From Candidatus Krumholzibacteriia bacterium (lineage in GTDB: Bacteria; Krumholzibacteriota; Krumholzibacteriia; LZORAL124-64-63): a stretch of 20,811 nucleotides of DNA. The stretch lies in contig JAWOID010000004.1 in assembly GCA_046484865.1 (NCBI GenBank), positions 1 through 20,811 of the forward strand. Reading direction: 5' to 3'. The notes under the pieces are model-generated. The model was not told the DNA's origin. It saw only the letters and a program-made list of their open reading frames with translations, and searched no databases. Below, piece by piece: positions 1 through 10,817 of this stretch; the first letter of the stretch is position 1, and each line of letters opens with the position of its first letter. A program made the translations under genes and the position numbers.

Positions 1-2
1 GT

Positions 3-218
3 CGGCCGAACCGGGCGGCGATCGCCCCGTCGGTGCGGGCGGCGGTGCTCGCGCGGGACGGTTACCGGTGCCGGACACCCGGGTGTTCGCGAACCCGGTT
101 CCTAAAGGTGCATCACATCGTGCCGCGGGCGCGTGGAGGAGGAAACGCGCTCGAGAACCTGATCACGTACTGCTCGGCGTGCCACCGGCACTCACACGCG
201 AGGCGGCCGGGGAAGTAG
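3..218 (+). CDS. HNH endonuclease, C-terminal part only (5' end lies outside the window)
   Basis: The frame is open from base 3 to TAG at 216-218: RPNRAAIAPSVRAAVLARDGYRCRTPGC...VHHIVPRARGGGNALENLITYCSACHRHSH. This matches the RD-x3-C-x4-C / HH / GG-x-N-x3-NL / CxxCH pattern of Zn-binding HNH (McrA/DUF222-associated) domains. Confidence 0.88.
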   Translation, partial: RPNRAAIAPSVRAAVLARDGYRCRTPGCSRTRFLKVHHIVPRARGGGNALENLITYCSACHRHSHARRPGK

Positions 219-223
219 CCGGG

Positions 224-356
224 TCGCGATGCAGAAGGGCTTCGGTGATCCTGTGGTGCCTCGGTGATCCGGAGAAGTGCCGGTGATCCTGTGGTGCCTC
301 GGTGATCCCGAGGAGTGCCGGTGATCCCGAGGGGCTTGGGTGATGCCGAGAGGAAT
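224..356. repeat. Tandem direct-repeat array with a 19-bp period (5 exact-core units plus 2 degenerate flanking units)
   Basis: CGGTGATCC starts at 243, 262, 281, 300 and 319. Degenerate units start at 224 (tcgcgatgcagaagggctt) and 338 (gggtgatgccgagaggaat). Units 243-261 and 281-299 are identical. Confidence 0.9.
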
Positions 357-438
357 CGTCGAGATCATGATCGTCATGGCTGCGCCGACCCCCTGAATGG
401 ACGACGGCCGGCAAACGCGGACTGAGCCGGCGCGGCCG

Positions 439-840
439 CTAGGGTTGGCGGATCCCGGGAGCGTAGCCCTCGATCACGTCGGGCTGATAATGGCTCGAAT
501 CCATGAGCACCACCCCGATGAAGAGAACCACGAAGGCGATCGACGCGAAGAACGCCAGCGCGTAGGTGCCGCGGTCGAAGGCGAGATGCATGAAGATGGC
601 GCACACGAGGCTGGCCTTGACGCCGGCGATCAGCAACGCCGCCCACAGATTGAGATCGCCCAGGTCCACGTAGGTCACGGCGACCGTGGCGACGGTCAGG
701 CCGACCAGGAGTACGAAGACGCCCAGGAGCTGCTTCAGCGGCACGACGTGCGGGTGGAGTTCGCCGCTGCTCCGGTCGGCCGACACATGGTCGTGCAGGG
801 GCCTGGTGGGCCCCATTTCGGAATGGCTCTCCGCACTCAT
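439..840 (-). CDS. Cytochrome c oxidase subunit IV family protein (CtaF/CyoD-like)
   Basis: 133 aa with three hydrophobic helices and the motif IAGVKASLVCAIFMHL. It is the last gene of the cox cluster, with GGAGGA upstream of the ATG. Confidence 0.88.
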   Translation of the reverse strand: MSAESHSEMGPTRPLHDHVSADRSSGELHPHVVPLKQLLGVFVLLVGLTVATVAVTYVDLGDLNLWAALLIAGVKASLVCAIFMHLAFDRGTYALAFFASIAFVVLFIGVVLMDSSHYQPDVIEGYAPGIRQP

Positions 841-939
841 GTCTCGTTCCTCCCGGTTCCGTCGACCGGAGACGTGAACCTCGATGGATCTCGTCGATCG
901 CGCCGCTCCGGTCCGCAGGGTGGAGCGCCCGTTCCGCCC

Positions 940-2330
940 TCAGTGGATCAGATAGAGGAGGGGAAACAGGAAGATCCAGATCAGATCCACCAGGTGCCAG
1001 TACAGGCCGCCGAGGTCCACGGCCGTGAAGTTGCGGGTGCCGAAATCGCCGCGCAGCGCGCGGACCAGCAACCAGCCGATCAGGCCCATGCCCGCGATGA
1101 CGTGAAGTCCGTGGAGTCCGGTCATCACGAAGTAGATGCCGAAGAAGACATGCACGTTGCGCGGGATCTCGGCGGCCGCGCCGAGCGCGGCATGCTGTTC
1201 GACGACTGCCTGGATTCCGGCCGGAGCCGGTGCGCTCTGGGCGAGCTTCGACCTGACCGAGGGCGCTCGTAGGCCCGGGCTCAAGGCGCGAGGCAGGGGA
1301 GATTCCCGGTGGGCGTCGATTTGTGCGGGGCCGGGTTCGCTGCCGGTGCCGCCGGCGGCCCCGGCGTCTTCGGCGGCCCCGGTCCTATCGGCGGCACCGG
1401 TGCTTCCGGCAGTTTCGGCGCCTTCCCCAGCCCGGCCGCTGCCTGTCTCTGCCGTTCCGCCGGGACTGGTGGCATCAGTGGTCCGCTGACCAGCGCTACC
1501 GTCAGCGAGGGCGATCTGCTCCCCGGTCTCGCCGGCGGCGTCGCCGGCCTCGCCCGCAGCGCCGCCGGCCGCGTCTGCGGCGCTGCCCGTCTCGCCTGCG
1601 GCGACGGTCGCGCCCGCAGCGTCGCCTGCCGGGGCGGCTTCGGCAGGGAGCCGTTCGCCGTGGCCGGCTTCCCCGGGCTGGAGGGCGGCGTAGTCGAAAT
1701 TCTCGCCCCAGAGGAGGCCGTGCTTCCACTTGTGTTCGTACTCGATGCCCTTGATGCCCAGGAAGCCGAACCCGCACAGCAGCGTCACCGCCAGCAGGCC
1801 GACCAGCAGGCGTCGTTGCCCGAGCTGCGCCGCCCGCACCGCCCAGGCCATGGTGAAGCTCGAGAAGAGGAGCACGATCGTGTTCACGGCGCCCAGCTGC
1901 TTGTCGAGGAAGGTGTGGGCGAAGAGGAACACCTCCGGGTGGTTCGCCCTGTACACCGCGTAGGCGCAGAACAGTCCGCCGAACAGAAGGATCTCCGTGA
2001 CCAGGAAGAGCCACATGGCCAGCTTGTCGGATTCGTACTGATGCCGGGGCGTGTCGAAGTGGTGCGCAAGCTCGAATCGGCCGGGATGACCGCTAGCCGC
2101 TGCCGGGGGAGCCGCGTGTCCGGCGTCAGGATGTCCGGTCGTGCTGCCGGTACCCGGGTGTCCGGCCCCCGGGTGTCCGGCTCCGGCGACCGCGCCGGCT
2201 CCCGATTCGCCGCCGGCGGCGAGATGACCGGTACCCGGGTGTCCGGCCGCGGCTCCGGCGCCGGCGGCCGGATGGCCGCTTGCCACGGGGTTCGCGCCCC
2301 GGGCGCCCGAGTCGGCTCGGCTCGCGTGGC

Positions 2331-2334
<4 letters not shown>
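940..2334 (-). CDS. coxC: Cytochrome c oxidase subunit III with a long N-terminal extension and a large loop insertion
   Basis: Motifs [44 protein letters not shown] and [19 protein letters not shown]. Its start overlaps the coxA stop (ATGA, 2331-2334). Confidence 0.93.
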
Positions 2335-4030
<1,696 letters not shown>

Positions 4031-4034
<4 letters not shown>

Positions 4035-5293
4035 CGATTCTCCTCCTGCCCGCCACCGGTCACGGGGACGACGCGGGGATCGGCGGCCCTGCCGGCGGCC
4101 TCCTGGTCGCCCTCACCCGCAGCGCCTGCGGCGGCGCCCTCGACGGTGGCTCCGGCAGCGGTCTCGACGTCGCCCCCGGCGGCGCCCTCGACGGCGGCTC
4201 CGGCAGCGGCCGAGTCCTGCGACGGGTCCTCCGCGGCCGCGAAGCGCGAGATGGTCTTGAAGTACGCGATCAGCATGGTGATCTCCTGGTCCTTGACCTT
4301 GCCCGCGTAGGTGGGCATCACCGGTTCGTATCCGGCATGGATCTTCGCCAGGGGTTCGATGATGGACTCGCGGACGTAGTTCTCGTCCGCCACCACCGTG
4401 CCGCCGCCCTGCAGCGGCACCTCGGCGCCGAAGAGGTCCTGGAAGCTCGGACCGATGCCCGGCGAGCCGTCGACCGAGTGGCACTGCAGGCAGCCCTTGG
4501 TGCTGGCCAGTCGCTCGCCGGCCTCCGCCGGCGGCAGCGTGCCGAGCACATCCGACTCCTCGCGTAGCCAGCGCTCGAAACCGCCCGCTTCGTGCACGAC
4601 GACGGTACTGAGCATGTCGGAGTGGCCGGTGCCGCAGTACTCGGTGCACAGCACGGGATATCGACCGGGAACCTTGGCGTGGAACCAGGTCTGCGTGTAG
4701 CGGCCGGGAACCACGTCCTTCTTGACGCGGAAGGCAGGCACCCAGAACGAGTGGATCACGTCCTCGCTGGTCATGGTCAACCGCACCGGCCGATCCACCG
4801 GCACGTGCAATTCGTCGCTCACGTGCCCGTTGGGATAGGTGAAGAACCACTGCCATTTCTGAGCGGTCACGTTCACCTCGTAGGCGTTGGCCGGCGGCGT
4901 CGCCAGGTTCATGAAGGTCTTGAAGCCGATCCAGAAGATCATCGCCGAGAGGATCACCGGCACCACGGTCCAGGCCACCTCCAGCTTGAAGCTGTGGTGG
5001 GGCGAGGGCTCGGTGCGGTGGCCTCGACGGCGGCGGTAGCGCCACGCGAATGCGATCATCACCCCGACGATCAGCGCGAAGAACACCGCCGAGATGGCGT
5101 AGATCACATAGAAGACCAGGTCCACCTCGGCCGCCGCCGACGATCCCTGGACCGGCAGCCAGAACGAATCCCTCAGCTGCGCGAGGAAGGGGAGGGGACC
5201 GCTTCCGGGACTGGTGCCGGCGCCGAGAACGTAATCGACGTAATCGGTAGGAATACTCCCGATTTCCGCGCCAGGCAATCCCCTGAAGTCCAT
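4031..5293 (-). CDS. coxB: Cytochrome c oxidase subunit II with C-terminal cytochrome c domain (caa3-like architecture)
   Basis: Two TM helices (LEVAWTVVP), CuA ligands DVIHSFW and [12 protein letters not shown], heme c motif CLQCH with a distal MP. Start is ATG 5293 or TTG 5296 after GGAG/GAGG. Confidence 0.95.
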
Positions 5294-5363
5294 CAACGGC
5301 TGACCTCACTCCGTCGTGCGGGTGGATCGATTTCGTGACGTCGCCGCGGGGCGAACGGACCGG

Positions 5364-6272
5364 TCAGACCTGCGCGCCCCGTTTGACGTGCCGCCTCCGC
5401 TCCTGCCAGCGGAAAGCGACAATCAATATCGCAACGATGGCCACGGTCAGCAACCCCCCGGCCTTCATCAGGTTCCGGGCGGCGGGCGAATAACGTCCCG
5501 TGCTCGCGTCGTAGTTGAAGCAGAAGAGCATGATCCGGTCGCCCGCGGTGCCGATCTTCCCGTCGGCCGCCTCCACCAGGGACAGCCGCAGGGTTTTCGG
5601 ATCGAATTGCACCCCATAGAGATACCGTGCCACCCGGCCATCCGGGGTGAGCACCACCAGGACGGCGGCGTGGGCGAATTCCTGTCTCTGCTCGTTCCAG
5701 GCGAAACTGAAGCCGACGGCGTCGGTGAGACGGCGGATCTGGTCCTCGTCGCCGGTCAGGAAGTGCCAGCCGGATGCCGCGCCGGGACGGCCGAGATCCC
5801 GGACCAGCTTCTCCTTGCTGGCGCGCGCCACCTGGGGCGTCTCGGTGTGATCGAAGCTCACCGACAGCACCGTGAACTCTTCGCCCGCGGTCCAGTCCAT
5901 CTGTCGCATGGCATCGATCATCCCCTGCGAGATCAGGCCGCAGAGCATGGGGCAGCCCAGGTACATGAGGTTCAGGATCACGGGCCGGCCCCGGCCGAAG
6001 ACGTCGTCCAGCCGGACCTCGGCTCCGGTCTCGTCGCGCATGACGATGTCGCCGGGCACCCGGGCGTCGAACTTCTCGCTCACGCCGACCTCTGCGAGAG
6101 CATCGGGCAGCGGCTCGCCGCGCTCGGCCCGCGGAGCGTCCGCCGCCGCGCCGGCGGCGACGCCGGACGACAGGACGCAGATCGCCAGGACGGCCGCGAC
6201 CAGCCCGGGCAGGATCCCGGCCCGGTGGCTCGGTCCACCACCGGAACGGAGGGGAATGGGTCTGGACATCAT
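5364..6272 (-). CDS. SCO1/SenC family copper chaperone
   Basis: CxxxC motif (CPMLC), WHFLTG, conserved His (FAHAA), signal-like N-terminus and a C-terminal TM helix. The start is re-called to ATG 6272 (or 6269) because the longer ORF overlaps the two upstream genes. Confidence 0.92.
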   Translation of the reverse strand: MMSRPIPLRSGGGPSHRAGILPGLVAAVLAICVLSSGVAAGAAADAPRAERGEPLPDALAEVGVSEKFDARVPGDIVMRDETGAEVRLDDVFGRGRPVILNLMYLGCPMLCGLISQGMIDAMRQMDWTAGEEFTVLSVSFDHTETPQVARASKEKLVRDLGRPGAASGWHFLTGDEDQIRRLTDAVGFSFAWNEQRQEFAHAAVLVVLTPDGRVARYLYGVQFDPKTLRLSLVEAADGKIGTAGDRIMLFCFNYDASTGRYSPAARNLMKAGGLLTVAIVAILIVAFRWQERRRHVKRGAQV

Positions 6273-6283
6273 CGACTCACGAT

Positions 6284-6727
6284 CTATTGGTTCGCCGCCT
6301 TTGCGGGCCGATCGGTGCGCTGGTCGCCGCCGGGCTCGCCGTCGGCCCCGTTGTCGGCCCCGTCGCCGGCCCCGCCGCCGGGCTCGCCGTCGGTTTCGTC
6401 GCCGATGCCGGCCTCCTGGTCCGGGGTCGCCGGAGGCGTGGGCACGCCCTCGCGCACCACGAGAGCCATGGCCCGCTCGATGGGGATTCCCACCACCCCG
6501 TCCGTCTGGTCCACCCAGCGGTATCCGCGCAGCTTCTGCTGCTGGTCGGCGAGGGCCGATGCCAGCGACTCGCTGCGAGGGGCGACGATCTTCGTGTAGT
6601 ACTCGCTGCGCTCGACCTCGTAGAAGTAGGACTGCAGCAGCAGGATCAGTACGAACACCAGCACGACGAACAAGATCCCGATGGTCAGGATCATCGGCAA
6701 GTTCAGGTCTTCCTTGGCGGTGGCCAC
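6284..6727 (-). CDS. Small single-TM protein of ACIII-oxidase operons (ActG-like)
   Basis: GTG start after GGAGGAG, one TM helix, and the segment LRGYRWVDQTDGVVGIPIERAM, which resembles the small protein usually found between actF and sco. Ends in an acidic Gly-rich tail. Confidence 0.75.
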   Translation of the reverse strand: MATAKEDLNLPMILTIGILFVVLVFVLILLLQSYFYEVERSEYYTKIVAPRSESLASALADQQQKLRGYRWVDQTDGVVGIPIERAMALVVREGVPTPPATPDQEAGIGDETDGEPGGGAGDGADNGADGEPGGDQRTDRPAKAANQ

Positions 6728-6775
6728 GGTTCTCCTCCGGCCCGGTCGCGCGGCGGGGCCGCGCGGACCGTCGGG

Positions 6776-7993
6776 TCAGGCGTTCTCGAACTCCAGCGAA
6801 TCCTGCAGTCGCGGGTCGCCGGTGGGCACCAGCGAACCGCGGCGGGCCAGGAGCGTCACGCCGGCGATCCAGAGCCCGGCGATGGCCACGAAGCAGGTGA
6901 CGTCCAGCAACGCGAACGTGAATGCATGCGGGCTGTAGTCCGGCATGGTCACCCAGAAGACGTTCAGCCACTGGAAGACCAGGATCCAGACCGCCCAGAA
7001 CGCCAGGAGCGCCCGGCTGCGCTTGGCGTGACGCGAGACGAGGCCCAGGAAGGGTGCGACGAAGGCGCCGAAGATCAGTGCCACGCCCAGGGTTCCCCAG
7101 CCGTGACCGCTGCGCTCGAGGAACCAGATGGTCTCCTCGGGGATGTTGGCGTACCAGTAGAGCATGTACTGGCTGAAGGCGATGTAGGCCCAGAAGAACG
7201 AGAACGCGAACATGCCCTTCCCGAGGTCGTGGTAGTGCTCCATGCTCACCACCCGCTCCAGGCGGCCGCCGAGCTGCAGGGCCAGCATCAGCAGCGTGAG
7301 CACCGCGAAGAAGCTCACGAAACCACCGGCGAAGTAGAAGATCCCCCAGATGGTGCTGAACCAGACGAAGTCGAGGGTCATCAGCAGATCCATCGACGCC
7401 AGGGTGACCGTCACGGCGTAGATCACGATCGCCGGTCCGCTACGACGTTCCATGAGCAGGGTGAGGCGCGGGTCGGGACGATCGTCCTGGCGCACCGACG
7501 TCCGCCAGTACCAGAGGGCGATGCCCGACCAGATCGCGAAGTAGGCCACCCACCTCGCCAGGAAGAACGGTACGCTCAGGTAGCTCTGCTTGTGCGCGAG
7601 CAGCTCGGCCTGCTCCGGCGGCAGGTCCGTGTGCGCCCACTCGTAGAGGGCGGGCAGGTTCAGCAGCACCGGCAGCGAGAGCAGCGCCAGCAGGGGAATG
7701 CTGGCCGCCATCAGCTCGACCGGTCGCCGGAGGATCACGCTCCAGCTCGCGCGGGTGAGGTACTGCAGCGGTACGAAGAGGAGCGCTCCCAGCGCGATGG
7801 CCAGGAAGAAGGCGTAGCTCGTGAGATAGCTGTAGGCGAAGCGGCGCAGACCGTCGCCCGCGGCCATGCCGAGCGCGATGCTCGCTGCCAGGGCTGCGAG
7901 GCCGACGATCGAGGCCCCGGCGAACACCCGCCCGCCCAGGCCGTCGAGGGTCGTGCGGGTGTCGGCGAGCCTGGGTGCCTGGTGCTGGAACAC
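6776..7993 (-). CDS. actF: Alternative complex III subunit F (polytopic ActC paralogue)
   Basis: About 10 TM helices with YLSVPFFLAR, WFSTIWG, HYHDLGK, FWAYIAFSQYMLYWYANIPEET and PTGDPRL. Start placed at GTG 7993 (AAGGAG 8 nt upstream); GTG 8041 is the alternative. Confidence 0.9.
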   Translation of the reverse strand: MFQHQAPRLADTRTTLDGLGGRVFAGASIVGLAALAASIALGMAAGDGLRRFAYSYLTSYAFFLAIALGALLFVPLQYLTRASWSVILRRPVELMAASIPLLALLSLPVLLNLPALYEWAHTDLPPEQAELLAHKQSYLSVPFFLARWVAYFAIWSGIALWYWRTSVRQDDRPDPRLTLLMERRSGPAIVIYAVTVTLASMDLLMTLDFVWFSTIWGIFYFAGGFVSFFAVLTLLMLALQLGGRLERVVSMEHYHDLGKGMFAFSFFWAYIAFSQYMLYWYANIPEETIWFLERSGHGWGTLGVALIFGAFVAPFLGLVSRHAKRSRALLAFWAVWILVFQWLNVFWVTMPDYSPHAFTFALLDVTCFVAIAGLWIAGVTLLARRGSLVPTGDPRLQDSLEFENA

Positions 7994-8042
7994 GGCTTCA
8001 GCTCCTTGGCGCCCGCTGCGGTCCGGGCGCTCGCGGTTCACG

Positions 8043-8687
8043 TCAGGGCAGGTTGCGGCGGGCGTCCTCGGGCACGTCCGCCAGCGTGGCCCCCCGCGCG
8101 CGCTGCAATGCCCGCATGTACGCCACGATGGCCCAGCGGTCGTTCACGTCGATCTGAGGCCCGTAGGCCGGCATGTTCCGGACCCCGTTGGCGATGGTGT
8201 TGTACAGGTAGCCGTTCGAGCGGTTGGTCACCACCGAGCCGGCCAGGTCGGTGGGCGGGGTCCAGGTGCCCTCCTGCAGCCTCTCCGCCCGCAGGTGCAC
8301 CGGTCCGTTGCCGTCGCCGGAGAGGCCGTGGCACACGGCGCAGAAGATGTCGAACCGTTCGCGGCCGCGGGCCATGAGCGCGTCGGTGACCGGTAACGGG
8401 AACTCGGCGGTGAGGCTGCCGTCCTCCTCGAGACCGTGGAACAGCCTCTCGTCGTCGTCGAGGCGGCCGCGCGCCACCGTGCCGTCGGGAGTCTGGCGCA
8501 TGGCGCGGCCGTCCCGGAAGAAGGCGTGGGCAGTCTGCGCCTTGAGCTTCGGCTGGTCGTCCATGCTCGTCACCACCTGCAGGCGGGGCCGTGTCTTGAT
8601 CGAGCTCTGCTCCTTCACCAGCAGCACCAGGGGCACCCAGCTGAGAGCGACCAGGACCATCAGCACGTAGATCGGCGAACGCGGCAT
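8043..8687 (-). CDS. actE: Alternative complex III subunit E, monoheme cytochrome c
   Basis: MDDQPKLKAQ...MRQTPDGTVARG, single CAVCH heme motif, NMPAYG distal Met, DRWAIVAYMRALQ. Lies between actD and actF. Confidence 0.9.
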   Translation of the reverse strand: MPRSPIYVLMVLVALSWVPLVLLVKEQSSIKTRPRLQVVTSMDDQPKLKAQTAHAFFRDGRAMRQTPDGTVARGRLDDDERLFHGLEEDGSLTAEFPLPVTDALMARGRERFDIFCAVCHGLSGDGNGPVHLRAERLQEGTWTPPTDLAGSVVTNRSNGYLYNTIANGVRNMPAYGPQIDVNDRWAIVAYMRALQRARGATLADVPEDARRNLP

Positions 8688-8691
8688 CGGG

Positions 8692-9311
8692 TCACCCCTC
8701 GTCCTGCTCGTAGACCGGCTCCACCGCGGCGGCGCCGGCGGCGCGGAGCAATTCGCCCGTGCGCGTCAAGTCGAACTCGGCATCGCGCGCCTCGATGGAG
8801 ATGAAGAAGCGATCGGCGGTGGCGCGACGGAAGCGCGCACTCGTGAACAGCGGGTGGTGCAGGCGCGGCATCCCGTTCAGGCCCCACATGCCCAGGAAAG
8901 CGGTCAGCGCGCTGAAGAGCACGGTCAGCTCGAACGCCACGGGCACGTTGGCCGGCAGGCCGAACAGCGGCTTGCCCGCCACGATGAACGGGTAGTCGAC
9001 GGCGTTCATCCACCACTGCATCAGGAGGGCCGTTCCCAGTCCGGCGGCGCCGCCCAGCAGGACCAGGAAGGGCAGACGGGTGCCGCGGATGCCCATGGCG
9101 TCGTCCATGCCGTGCAAGGGAAACGGCGAGTGGGCGTCCCAGTGCCGGTAGCGGGCATCCCGCACCAGGACGCAGGCCCGCACCAGCGTGTCCGGGTCGG
9201 TGAATTCGGCAAGCAGGCCGTAGAGCCGCCCCTGCGCGCCTCCCGGACCGGCCGTGCCGGCCGGCGCCGCCGCGTCCGGTCGATCGGCGCGCGGGTCGCC
9301 CGAACTGCCGC

Positions 9312-9315
<4 letters not shown>
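8692..9315 (-). CDS. actD: Alternative complex III subunit D (DUF3341)
   Basis: [23 protein letters not shown], two TM helices, [19 protein letters not shown] and [11 protein letters not shown] 9315 overlaps the actC stop and follows GGAGG. Confidence 0.92.
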
Positions 9316-10814
<1,499 letters not shown>

Positions 10815-10817
10815 GCG

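Noticed and set aside
224..356. CRISPR array or canonical TIGR array
   Set aside because: The constant part is only 9 nt, the variable parts repeat or resemble one another, no cas gene is visible, and no Nop domain is seen in the available part of the HNH protein.
163..414. Short ORFs across the repeat array (83 aa and 61 aa on the minus strand, 72 aa on the plus strand)
   Set aside because: The 19-bp period is not codon-phased, and the ORFs overlap the HNH gene with no protein-like features.
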